A stretch of 62,594 nucleotides of DNA, counting the filler. It is 11 parts of 11 records of this genome, joined end to end, with 100 filler letters (N's around TTAATTAATTAA, not from the genome) between each part and the next. Parts side by side here need not be neighbours in the genome. Positions count along the whole stretch, not along the records: positions 45,543 to 52,205 come from SRR31156797_79601; positions 52,306 to 57,474 come from SRR31156797_79629; 9 more parts are not named here. One strand, given 5' to 3'. Each line of letters opens with the position of its first letter. The first letter of the stretch is position 1. Shown piece by piece: positions 48,246-57,574 of this stretch. The position numbers and the translations under genes were made by a program. The notes under the pieces were generated by a model, which had not been told where the DNA came from, searched no databases, and saw only the letters and a program-made list of their open reading frames with translations.

Positions 48246-50420
48246 TTAAAATTGGTACTTCAGCATTGCGGTAATCACCCTGCCGGGATTATAGCTTGCA
48301 AGATCATAGGGAACCCCATCGACACTGTCCGTGCCCTGGGAGGCCTCGGTGTGCTCATCGTCGAAAATGTTCTCCACGGACAGGGAAGCGGTGAAACCGG
48401 GACCAAAGGATTTCCATAATTTGATATCAGCGGTAACATAGCTGTCCGCCGCTTTGTTGTCACTGTTCACATCATCCAGGTACTGCTCGTCTTTCCACCG
48501 GAGGCTGAGCTTTGAATTGACGATCCTGTTTTCCCACACGGCCGACAGGTTGACCATCTGGGCAGGGGAAGAGCGCAGCTCCTTTCCGGTCAGGTCCGTT
48601 GCCCCGGTAAAATCGGGCTTTTCATACTCTTTTATCTCTGTGTCCGAAAAGGTATAATCGGCCTTGAACCGGATCTGATCCGTCAAGCTGTATTGGGCGG
48701 TGAGCTCGATGCCATGGATCTCCACCTCCCCCACGTTCTGCTTGATTTTATAGGTCCTGGTCGCCCAATAGCCGCTGGAGGCGACAGGAATGCCCGTATC
48801 CACATAGTAAAGAAAATCCTTTCCAAGGGAGTAAAAGGCCGAGCCGGACAGGGTCAGCCCCTTCATGGGCGTATAGCTGGCTCCCAGCTCAAAGGTGTCG
48901 ATGGTTTCAGGCTTCAGATCCGGGTTGGCAATCTTGGGCCCGACATACTGCCAGCCAGTCCGGCACAAATCGTCAAGCTCGGGGGCGCGGAATCCCCTGG
49001 AGTATGAGCCATAGGCATTGAAATTGTCGCTGAAATGATATTTTCCCGAAATTCTCGGGCTTAAGTTATCCCAGTTTTCATCCTTTATGGGGTTACCGTC
49101 CACATAAGCGGCAAACAGGTGTCCCGGGTGGGTCGAGGTCTTGCAGTCAACGGTTTCAACATAGTCATACCTGAGTCCCAGGGAAAGGGTGAGCCGGTCA
49201 TCCAAGAAGGTCAGCCGGTCATCCAGGTAAAGGGCGTAGAACCGCATATCCCCGCTGTTCTTTATGAACCCGCCGTCCTTGTCAATATCCTGGGCATCGA
49301 CCCCGCCCTGCTTGATATCCGCGCCGATCCCGACCCTGTTCCATTGGGCTATAAAGGGAGAGGAATAGTGCAGGATCACCCCCATATCACTGCGATCGGA
49401 GTCCACATCGGTATCTGTTTTTCCGATGCGATCATAAAGCTTGTAATACTCCTCCAGCTGGTAGTAGAGCCGCGTCTCCCACTTTTTATCCGCAAGCCCG
49501 CCGCTGTAGGTGAGATTGGCCCGGCGGTTCTTGAAATGACGGTACTCCCCGTCGCCACGGTCGTCCCCTTTGCCCCCTTCGCCCCGCTCATCATAGTAAT
49601 AGGAGCAATCCAGCTTCAGATGATTCAATTCATTGAAATCATACCCCAGCTGGGGCGAGATGGACCACTCATCCAGATACAGGGGCATGATCTCATATCC
49701 GTCATCGGTCTTTTTCTTCCGGGTGAAGTCTGACGCCGATTCCCATCCGTCCGATTCCCGGTACATCCCGGCAAGGCCGAAGTTCAATCCCCTGTCCGGA
49801 TCTTTCCTGGCGGCCAGGTTGAACCGGCCACCCCAGGTATCATGGGTGCCCGCCTCGGCGGACACAGCCCCTGAAAAGGGCTCGGTTGCCCGTCTTGAAA
49901 TGATATTGATCACACCGCCCATGGCGTTGCTGCCATACACCGAAGACCCCGGCCCCTTGAACACCTCGATCCGTTCCACCGTATCCGGGTTGATGCTGTT
50001 CCAGTTCACGCCCCCGGAGTCTGTCTTGTTGATGGGGATGCCGTCCATCAGCACCAGGGTTCGGCCCTGCTCAAAGCTGCCAAGCCCCCGCATACCAACC
50101 ACGGTTCGCATCTGGCTTACGCCGGTGCGGTTGGAGGTCACACCGGCAACGTCCCTGAGGACAGTATCCAGGGTTGCCCCGGCCATGTTTTCAATATCCT
50201 GCCGTGTTATGATCTCGATCTTCGCGGCAACCGCGTCCTTTTTTTCAGGCACCCTGCTGGCGGTAATCACAACATCATCCAGGGAAAAGGATTCACCGGC
50301 AAAGGCGTCGGCTGCCCAAATATTAAGCACCAGCGCCGTCACACAAAAGAGAACCCGAACCGGGTCAAAACAACCGATTGCCATGGTTTTACATCTCCGT
50401 ATCTGCATCATATTTTCCAT
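48246..50420 (-). CDS. TonB-dependent outer membrane receptor
   Basis: DDVVITASR, plug LVLMDGIP, VERIEVFKGPGSSVYGSNAMGGVINII, NPDLKPE, ENIFD and terminal YQF. Confidence 0.95.
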   Translation of the reverse strand: MENMMQIRRCKTMAIGCFDPVRVLFCVTALVLNIWAADAFAGESFSLDDVVITASRVPEKKDAVAAKIEIITRQDIENMAGATLDTVLRDVAGVTSNRTGVSQMRTVVGMRGLGSFEQGRTLVLMDGIPINKTDSGGVNWNSINPDTVERIEVFKGPGSSVYGSNAMGGVINIISRRATEPFSGAVSAEAGTHDTWGGRFNLAARKDPDRGLNFGLAGMYRESDGWESASDFTRKKKTDDGYEIMPLYLDEWSISPQLGYDFNELNHLKLDCSYYYDERGEGGKGDDRGDGEYRHFKNRRANLTYSGGLADKKWETRLYYQLEEYYKLYDRIGKTDTDVDSDRSDMGVILHYSSPFIAQWNRVGIGADIKQGGVDAQDIDKDGGFIKNSGDMRFYALYLDDRLTFLDDRLTLSLGLRYDYVETVDCKTSTHPGHLFAAYVDGNPIKDENWDNLSPRISGKYHFSDNFNAYGSYSRGFRAPELDDLCRTGWQYVGPKIANPDLKPETIDTFELGASYTPMKGLTLSGSAFYSLGKDFLYYVDTGIPVASSGYWATRTYKIKQNVGEVEIHGIELTAQYSLTDQIRFKADYTFSDTEIKEYEKPDFTGATDLTGKELRSSPAQMVNLSAVWENRIVNSKLSLRWKDEQYLDDVNSDNKAADSYVTADIKLWKSFGPGFTASLSVENIFDDEHTEASQGTDSVDGVPYDLASYNPGRVITAMLKYQF

Positions 50421-50424
50421 ATTC

Positions 50425-51432
50425 TTAGTTCAGGGGGGTGGAAAGACCGACCACTTCATAGGGATTGGAACCTGCGGTGATCATCTCTTGCGCCATTTTT
50501 CCGGTGACCGGTAACTCTTTGGCAACGGTCACAAACCGCTGGGGTTCGTCAAGGTAGTCCACCAGGGCAAACACAAGGGCGGCCTTAGGACTATCCTTTG
50601 GCGCAAGCTTTCGCATCTTGTCAAAGTCAAAGGAAAAGGCAACGCATTTGCCCGCCCCGGTTTTCGTGTCCGTAATCAACAGCATGCCGGCCGGTTTTTC
50701 CACGGAGATTCTCTCCTTCTGGGCCTGGCTGAGCTTTTTCACGATCATCCCCCGCTTGCCCGGGGTCAGATCCAGAACCACCTGGAACGCATCCTCCTTG
50801 CACCAGATGGGAGAAGAAATCATGGTGTATCGCTCCCCCTGTTTCAAGGGATATCGATCGAGGATCATCCGGGCGATCAGGTAGCCCGAGCTCACACCGG
50901 GGCAGAGGTGATTATGAAGCTCCGCACACTTGAGGTAGTCATAAGGTGCGCCAAGGGCCCAGGAGCCGGCAATGGTGGCAATGGTAAAGAAATCGGATTG
51001 ACAGGTCAGCCCCTCCGTCTCCTTCCAGAACGCCTTGCCGGAGAGGTTTGACTGGGAGAGTTCCAGCCGCTCCGTTACAAAACCGTCCTTTTTCATGGTC
51101 ATGACCACGGCCTCCCCGGTGCTCCCCCGGAAAAGGGTGATGCTGAGGGGATAGAACTGGGCCCGCTGGAAAAAAAGCAGGTTCTGGTTGCCGACGGTAC
51201 AGCCGGTCAGTTCCTGGATGGGTTTCAGGTAATCGATTCCCGGCCGGCCGTTGCTCCGCACATAGGGCGCATTGGTCAGGCATAGAAGATCGGTGCTCCC
51301 CTTCACAGTCGACAGGTCTGTCATGGCCTGGGCGATCATCCGGTTGAACCGGGCATCCTCGGCCCCTGCCGGGCCTATGGCAACAAGGGTAAGAACAATC
51401 ATTGCAACAACATGTTTGAACATTGGCTTCAT
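50425..51432 (-). CDS. Exported FmdE-family (formylmethanofuran dehydrogenase subunit E-like) protein
   Basis: Signal peptide; HNHLCPGVSSG, WCKEDAFQ and TPGKRG. Confidence 0.8.
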   Translation of the reverse strand: MKPMFKHVVAMIVLTLVAIGPAGAEDARFNRMIAQAMTDLSTVKGSTDLLCLTNAPYVRSNGRPGIDYLKPIQELTGCTVGNQNLLFFQRAQFYPLSITLFRGSTGEAVVMTMKKDGFVTERLELSQSNLSGKAFWKETEGLTCQSDFFTIATIAGSWALGAPYDYLKCAELHNHLCPGVSSGYLIARMILDRYPLKQGERYTMISSPIWCKEDAFQVVLDLTPGKRGMIVKKLSQAQKERISVEKPAGMLLITDTKTGAGKCVAFSFDFDKMRKLAPKDSPKAALVFALVDYLDEPQRFVTVAKELPVTGKMAQEMITAGSNPYEVVGLSTPLN

Positions 51433-51458
51433 CTCTATTCAACTCCTTTATCTGCGGT

Positions 51459-51494
51459 AAAAAAAAACGGGAGCGCCGGACCCCGTGGCGCCCC
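51459..51494 (-). terminator. Intrinsic terminator-like hairpin inside the putative operon
   Basis: Minus strand GGGGCGCC-N9-GGCGCTCC-CG-TTTTTTTTT. Confidence 0.6.
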
Positions 51495-51512
51495 ATATCA
51501 TCACCTGTTTTA

Positions 51513-52121
51513 TCAACGATTCGAGGTCTTGGTGATGGGATCAACGCCGGTTGGGAACATGGCGGCAAAGGGTTCAAATCCCTGTGTTTCCCGGACCGTG
51601 CAGAAGTGCATCCCCTTTTTGCTGCCGGTCATCATCAGGGGGGCGGCCCGCTCCACATCCAGGTGATACGCCGCGTCAATGGCGTCGTCGTCCACCTCAA
51701 GATGCAACACCTTTCCCACCACAAGGCTGTAGGAAGCCTCCTTGTACTCCTTCACAAGGGAGCACTCCATCCAGGCGTAGCACCCCATGATGCCGGGGGC
51801 CTTGATGGTGGCGGAGGGTTTTTCTTCAAGCCCTGCCACCTCAAACTCGTCCACCTCGGGACCGGTCATCCGTGCCGTGGGAATGACGCTCTTCTCCATG
51901 GCCGCCCCGGCAAGGTTGATGACGAACTCCTTGGTTTCCCGGATGTTGGCCAGGGTGTCCCGCTTTTCGGCACTGGCAAAGGTGATGAGATCCAGGGGTC
52001 TCAGCACCGGCATGATGCACGAATAGGGGGCGATGTTTCGAACGCCGTCGACGCTCACGGTTGAAATGAATGTCACGGGAAGGGGCATGATCCCTTCCCT
52101 CATGAAGGGTTTGAGTATCAT
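51513..52121 (-). CDS. Flavin reductase-like (flavoredoxin/DIM6/NTAB) protein
   Basis: [34 protein letters not shown] and WMEC; AAGGAG RBS before the ATG at 52121. Confidence 0.88.
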   Translation of the reverse strand: MILKPFMREGIMPLPVTFISTVSVDGVRNIAPYSCIMPVLRPLDLITFASAEKRDTLANIRETKEFVINLAGAAMEKSVIPTARMTGPEVDEFEVAGLEEKPSATIKAPGIMGCYAWMECSLVKEYKEASYSLVVGKVLHLEVDDDAIDAAYHLDVERAAPLMMTGSKKGMHFCTVRETQGFEPFAAMFPTGVDPITKTSNR

Positions 52122-52305
52122 AATGGTTCTCCTTATGTTGCGGGGCCGTAAAAACCGCCCCGATGTTTTACATTCCGTCAATAAGCTAATAAGCTAGGCC
52201 TGACCNNNNNNNNNNNNNNNNNNNNNNNNNNNNNNNNNNNNNNNNNNNNTTAATTAATTAANNNNNNNNNNNNNNNNNNNNNNNNNNNNNNNNNNNNNNN
52301 NNNNN

Positions 52306-52332
52306 TACGGAACAGACATGTCTGTTCCGTAC
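52306..52332. repeat. REP-like perfect palindrome at contig start
   Basis: TACGGAACAGACATGTCTGTTCCGTA(C). Confidence 0.7.
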
Positions 52333-52394
52333 AATCTCTATTTGTTATTTATACGTTTCATGGTTAAATTTGAATCTAAAATTCAGGAGAAAGA

Positions 52395-53816
52395 ATGGAC
52401 TGGGACATTGTTATAGGATTAGAAGTACACGCACAGTTGAACACGAAAACAAAAGCCTTTTGCTCTTGCAAGGTAAATTACGGCGATGAGCCCAATACGA
52501 ACGTATGTCCAAGATGTCTGGGATATCCGGGCGCCCTCCCTGTTTTGAACAAGGAATTGGTCAACTCGGCCATTAAACTCGGGCTTGCTACGGGTTGCTC
52601 TATTCGCCCATTCAGTAAATTTGCCAGAAAAAATTATTTTTATCCCGATCTTCCCAAAGGATATCAGATCTCACAGTATGATGACCCGATCTGTTTTGAA
52701 GGCTATATTGACATCAAGATCGACGGAAAAGAAAAGCGCATCGGCCTTACGCGCATCCATATGGAAGAAGATGCCGGTAAATCCATTCACGGTGAAGATG
52801 GAACACAAGTTGATCTTAACCGATGTGGAACACCTCTTTTAGAGATCGTGTCCGAACCGGACATGACATCGCCACAGGAAGCTTATGCCTATTTGACTAC
52901 CTTGAAACAGATCGTTCGTTATACGGGTGTCTCCGACTGCAATATGGAAGAAGGCTCCATGCGATGTGATGCGAACATCTCTATCAAGCCCAAAGGACAA
53001 AAAGAATTGGGTACTCGTACCGAATTAAAAAACATGAATTCATTCAGGAACGTTGAACGCGCTCTTGTTTATGAAGCCAAACGTCAGCAAGAAGTACTGG
53101 AATCCGGTGGCAAGATCGTTCAGCAAACTCTGCTGTGGGATGATCAAAGCGGTAAAACAAAGTCAATGCGGTCAAAAGAGGATTCACACGATTACCGTTA
53201 CTTCCCCGAACCTGACCTCTCCCCTGTCTATGTTGATGAACCCTGGATAGAAAAAGTCAGAAAAACCCTACCGGAATTACCGGCGGCTCGCAAACAGCGT
53301 TATATAGACAGCTTCAATTTCAAAGAAGAAGATGCTGCAACTCTCACATCGGAAAAAGAGATCGCAGATTATTTTGAAGAAACATTAAAGCATTTTAATA
53401 ATCCTAAGCTTGTCCTTAATTGGGTCCGCAATGAGATCCTTAGAATTTTAGTTGATACGGGAACGGATATTAGCGCTTCTCCCGTTTCACCCGAAGCTCT
53501 TGCTGAACTACTTGTAATCCTTGATAAAAAAGAGATCACAGCCCAAACCGCAAAAGCCGTTCTGGATGATATGGCTTCAAGCGGAAAATCAGCAGAAAGC
53601 ATCATTGATGAAAAAGGATTGAAACAAATATCCGATTCTTCCGCTTTAGAGGAATTGATCGATAAGATCCTGACTGAAAATGAAGGAAATGCAAAACGTT
53701 TCAGAGAAGGTGAAGCAAAATTGATGGGCTTCTTTATCGGTCAGGTCATGAGGGCAACTCAAGGAAAAGCTGACCAGGCACTCACCAGAGAGATCTTTCT
53801 AAAAAAATTGGGGTAA
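52395..53816 (+). CDS. gatB: Asp-tRNA(Asn)/Glu-tRNA(Gln) amidotransferase subunit B
   Basis: IGLEVHAQL, RKNYFYPDLPKGYQISQ, HMEEDAGK, RCDANIS and YRYFPEPDL. Confidence 0.98.
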   Translation: MDWDIVIGLEVHAQLNTKTKAFCSCKVNYGDEPNTNVCPRCLGYPGALPVLNKELVNSAIKLGLATGCSIRPFSKFARKNYFYPDLPKGYQISQYDDPICFEGYIDIKIDGKEKRIGLTRIHMEEDAGKSIHGEDGTQVDLNRCGTPLLEIVSEPDMTSPQEAYAYLTTLKQIVRYTGVSDCNMEEGSMRCDANISIKPKGQKELGTRTELKNMNSFRNVERALVYEAKRQQEVLESGGKIVQQTLLWDDQSGKTKSMRSKEDSHDYRYFPEPDLSPVYVDEPWIEKVRKTLPELPAARKQRYIDSFNFKEEDAATLTSEKEIADYFEETLKHFNNPKLVLNWVRNEILRILVDTGTDISASPVSPEALAELLVILDKKEITAQTAKAVLDDMASSGKSAESIIDEKGLKQISDSSALEELIDKILTENEGNAKRFREGEAKLMGFFIGQVMRATQGKADQALTREIFLKKLG

Positions 53817-53821
53817 ATAAG

Positions 53822-54601
53822 ATGCACGAACTTCTTTGCATCGATATCGGCAACACACATGTGGTCATCGCCTTGATGAAAGGCGAGATCATCTTGGATT
53901 CCATCAGAATCCCTTCAACACCACTGTTATCTATTCCGGAATATATCGCTCAAATAACCGACATGCTCTCAAAACCGGGAAATATTGACAAGCATATTGA
54001 AGACACGGTTATTTCTTCGGTTGTCCCCCGCCTTACACAGCCCTTCAAGGATGTAGGCAAAGAGCTTAGCGGAAAAGAGGCTTTGGTCGTGGACCATACA
54101 TTAGCTCTTGATCTGAAAATAAATTATGATGATCCGGCTGAAGTGGGTGCGGATAGAATTTGCAATGCCGTCGGCGCCTTGAAAAAATATACAGCCCCGC
54201 TTATCGTTGTGGATATGGGAACAGCGACCACATTTGATGTTGTTTCTGACAAGAAAGAATATCTTGGTGGTGTGATCATGCCCGGACTGGAAACAGCCGG
54301 TCGTGACCTTTTTCAACGTGCCGCCAAATTACCCAAGGTCAGTTTTGATTTTCCCGAAAAGATCATCGGAACCAAAACCCGGGAATCACTTCAATCCGGT
54401 TTGATGTGGGGAACTATTGACCAGATCGACGGGTTGATAAAACGTGTTTCAGATGAATGGGGCGTTCGGGATATTTCTGTGATCGCCACCGGTGGATTAT
54501 CGGAGGTTATCGCACCGCATTCAACATACATTCAGGCCGTTGACAAAGCCCTGACCCTGACAGGAATGGTTGAGATTTACGAACAAGTGAGGGGAAAATG
54601 A
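53822..54601 (+). CDS. coaX: Type III pantothenate kinase
   Basis: IDIGNT, SSVVP, GADR, VDMGTATTFD, GG.IMPG and ATGG. Confidence 0.95.
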   Translation: MHELLCIDIGNTHVVIALMKGEIILDSIRIPSTPLLSIPEYIAQITDMLSKPGNIDKHIEDTVISSVVPRLTQPFKDVGKELSGKEALVVDHTLALDLKINYDDPAEVGADRICNAVGALKKYTAPLIVVDMGTATTFDVVSDKKEYLGGVIMPGLETAGRDLFQRAAKLPKVSFDFPEKIIGTKTRESLQSGLMWGTIDQIDGLIKRVSDEWGVRDISVIATGGLSEVIAPHSTYIQAVDKALTLTGMVEIYEQVRGK

Positions 54602-55215
54602 AAATTAAACATATTCTTATCGTAATGCTGCTGGTAGTTCAGATCGCTGTTGCCGCCCCCTATTCTTCTATGGGACAGGTTAAAAAGATCTATGGTGTGG
54701 ATATGAGAATGACGGATTACGGTTCCAGTCTGGGCGGCGTTATGCAATGGCGCCTGATCGACAACCTGCATGCCGGCATTCAGGCAAACTGGACTTTTGT
54801 TTCCAGTGGGAAAGAATATACCTGGACCGATCCCTATACCGGTTATACCATGAGGATCAACACCATCCATCTGGATTTTATCAAAACCGGACTTTTTGTT
54901 AAAAAGCATTTTTTCACCAGGCAATTAGCCAATACTTTCGCTCCCTATGTTTCACTTCAGGCAGGTCCGGTACTGGCGATCGACACGGACAACGATCCAT
55001 GGGCAAACCTATCCCGCTACAGTAATGCAACATATCATCTCGGTTTTTATTCCCATTTTCATCTGGGTGTAGACTTTATGATGGAAAAACATTCCTCTTT
55101 GACCATTGCCCTGGGCTATGAGATCAACAGCTTCAACCGGGCAGTTGACGAAGATTTTACAAAAACAAGTTGGAATGGAGCTGCCATCGTCATGAATTAC
55201 GGACGGTATTTCTAA
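54598..55215 (+). CDS. Hypothetical outer-membrane beta-barrel protein
   Basis: Signal peptide, alternating beta-strand pattern and terminal NYGRYF; overlaps both neighbours. Confidence 0.65.
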   Translation: MKIKHILIVMLLVVQIAVAAPYSSMGQVKKIYGVDMRMTDYGSSLGGVMQWRLIDNLHAGIQANWTFVSSGKEYTWTDPYTGYTMRINTIHLDFIKTGLFVKKHFFTRQLANTFAPYVSLQAGPVLAIDTDNDPWANLSRYSNATYHLGFYSHFHLGVDFMMEKHSSLTIALGYEINSFNRAVDEDFTKTSWNGAAIVMNYGRYF

Positions 55216-55907
55216 TGGCTCACGAGCAGTTTTTTTACTCAACACATATCAAAGATAAACATCTGGTCATCGAATACAGGGAGCATCAGCACCTGACTCG
55301 CGTTATGCGCAAAAATCCGGGTGATAAGATTTGGGTCAGCGATGGAAAAGGCATGGCCTATTACACCGAGATCAACGCGGTCAATAAGGAAGCGACAGAA
55401 TGCACGATATTGGATAAACATCCAAATTTCGGAGAACCCCAAAACAAGGTTTCATTGGCGGTCGGTCTGATCAAAGCATCTCATTGGGAGATCATGCTAG
55501 AAAAAGCCGTAGAATTGGGTGTACATGATATTTATCCCTTATTAACGCAATACACCGTCGTGAAGGGCTTAAAACGCGAACGCAGCGAGAAGATCATCCT
55601 TTCGGCTTTGAAGCAATGTGGGCGCTCTTACCGCCCGATTTTGCACGATCCTGTCACATTCAATGACTTTATGGATCAAAAGCACCATGAAAACACCCTT
55701 ATCTGCGATAACCAGGATGATTATCCCATGCTGGAAAGCGGCACGAATAACACGGACTATATTATTCTGATCGGACCCGAAGGTGGGTTCTCACCCGATG
55801 AAGTCGATCTTGCCATAAAACAAAGTGCCACGCCGGTACTGCTCTCTAATCGGCGTTTAAGAACTGAAACGGCGTGCATAGCTGCGCTGAGCCGTTTAGT
55901 AGTTTAG
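55215..55907 (+). CDS. rsmE: 16S rRNA m3U1498 methyltransferase
   Basis: HLTRVMR, EKAVELGV, KQCGR, IGPEGGFS and LRTETA. Confidence 0.95.
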   Translation: MAHEQFFYSTHIKDKHLVIEYREHQHLTRVMRKNPGDKIWVSDGKGMAYYTEINAVNKEATECTILDKHPNFGEPQNKVSLAVGLIKASHWEIMLEKAVELGVHDIYPLLTQYTVVKGLKRERSEKIILSALKQCGRSYRPILHDPVTFNDFMDQKHHENTLICDNQDDYPMLESGTNNTDYIILIGPEGGFSPDEVDLAIKQSATPVLLSNRRLRTETACIAALSRLVV

Positions 55908-56052
55908 ACGCCCTGCGGGCTGCTTAGAAGTTTATGAATCATAAGTGTCAAATAAAATGATTTTGCAAAGATGTAGGGGCGGAACTTGGCCCGTCCGTTT
56001 AGCATAGGTAGGGCCACGTACAATTGATTCGGAGCATTAATTGGAGCCTAAA

Positions 56053-56640
56053 ATGACGAAGAAAGTTTTATTATTCTTAAACCAAGGTTTTGAAGAACTC
56101 GAAGCTGCCGCATTTACGGATGTATTGGGTTGGAGCAAAATGCTGAATGAGGAACCCGTAGACGTCCTTACTGCCGGTTTACGTTCCGAGATCACATGCA
56201 CCTGGAACTTTATTGTTAAACCTCAGGTGGAATTCAAAGATATCAATGTAGATGATTTCCACGCTCTGGCAATTCCCGGTGGATTCTATGATGCCAGTTT
56301 CTATGATGACGCTTTTGACGAACGATTTTTGCAATTGATCAGGGATTTCGATGCTAAAGGAAAGATCATTGCTTCGGTTTGTGTTGCAGCGATCCCACTG
56401 GGGAAATCAGGTATCCTGAAAGGCCGTAAAGCTACTACCTATGATCTTAATGAAGGTGTTAGGATTCAACAATTGAAAGACTATGGCGCGATCATAAAGA
56501 AAAAAAAGGTGGTCGTGGATAAAAACATCATTACGTCTACCGGCCCCTCGACTGCTATTCCGGTTGCATTCAAGCTTCTTGAAATGCTGACCGGTAAGAA
56601 AAACCTGAAAACCGTTAAAAAACATATGAGATTTAAATGA
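56053..56640 (+). CDS. DJ-1/PfpI family protein
   Basis: GFEELE, AIPGG, ASVCVA and ITSTGPSTA. Confidence 0.9.
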   Translation: MTKKVLLFLNQGFEELEAAAFTDVLGWSKMLNEEPVDVLTAGLRSEITCTWNFIVKPQVEFKDINVDDFHALAIPGGFYDASFYDDAFDERFLQLIRDFDAKGKIIASVCVAAIPLGKSGILKGRKATTYDLNEGVRIQQLKDYGAIIKKKKVVVDKNIITSTGPSTAIPVAFKLLEMLTGKKNLKTVKKHMRFK

Positions 56641-57431
56641 AAATTGGATTAAGATATTTCACCGGAACCGGCAATGCATGGAAAGTACTGGATGCTTGTA
56701 AAGAGGTATTTATTGATGCCGGACATCAAGCTAATATTTCTAAACTCGACCCAAATGAGCATTTGCTTAAGGCTGATCTGATCGGTTTTTCTTTTCCGGT
56801 CTATGCTTTTGGCATGCCAAAGATCGTCCTTCGCTATCTTCGATCACTGAAAAGATTCGAAAGAACGCAAGATATTTTCTTTCTGGTCACTCCGGGTGAT
56901 GTAAATGGGGCAAGTACTACAACAAGAAAATGTGAAAATTTATTAAAGCGAAAAAACTGCCGGATCGTTTATTCCGATGTTCTCGGCATGCCGAATAACT
57001 GGATCCCCTACACAAGCACGGCAAGCAAAGAAACGAACAGGCTCATGGTCGATGCAGGCGTAAATAGAGCAAAAGAAATATCCAAAGACATCCTCAATAA
57101 ACAGCGATCGACATTTGATGTAAAACAGGTGCCCTCTATCTTTAGGGCGATGGGGAATGTTGTAAATATTCTTTTCACGAATTTTGGACTTTGGGGCCTT
57201 AAAAGCATGTTTAGGACATACCCCTCATGCGATGGCTGCGGAATCTGTGCCAAAGCTTGCCCGACAAACAGCATAAAAATTGTAAAAGGCAAACCCAAGT
57301 GGTTCAACACCTGCGAACAATGCATGCGCTGCGTTCATATTTGTCCCAAAAGATCAATTTATCAACTTCCTGCATCAACAAAAGGCAAAGACAGGTATTT
57401 TGCGCCAGGGTTTGATCCTATAAAAATGTAA
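56637..57431 (+). CDS. EFR1-family flavodoxin-ferredoxin fusion
   Basis: YFTGTGN, FPVY and MPNN; two CxxCxxCxxxCP motifs. Confidence 0.88.
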   Translation: MKIGLRYFTGTGNAWKVLDACKEVFIDAGHQANISKLDPNEHLLKADLIGFSFPVYAFGMPKIVLRYLRSLKRFERTQDIFFLVTPGDVNGASTTTRKCENLLKRKNCRIVYSDVLGMPNNWIPYTSTASKETNRLMVDAGVNRAKEISKDILNKQRSTFDVKQVPSIFRAMGNVVNILFTNFGLWGLKSMFRTYPSCDGCGICAKACPTNSIKIVKGKPKWFNTCEQCMRCVHICPKRSIYQLPASTKGKDRYFAPGFDPIKM

Positions 57432-57446
57432 CAATAAAAATCGATT

Positions 57447-57474
57447 GTAGGGACGCGATGCATCGCGTCCCTAC
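57447..57474. repeat. GTAG-type REP perfect palindrome at contig end
   Basis: GTAGGGACGCGATGCATCGCGTCCCTAC (28 nt). Confidence 0.75.
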
Positions 57475-57574
57475 NNNNNNNNNNNNNNNNNNNNNNNNNN
57501 NNNNNNNNNNNNNNNNNNTTAATTAATTAANNNNNNNNNNNNNNNNNNNNNNNNNNNNNNNNNNNNNNNNNNNN

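Noticed and set aside
49633-50514. 293-aa plus-strand ORF
   Set aside because: Antisense to the TonB receptor.
5078-57574. Ten regularly spaced TTAATTAATTAA motifs within N-runs that look like a repeat array
   Set aside because: Artificial contig linkers; any apparent synteny across them (for example fez cluster next to nifE) is meaningless.
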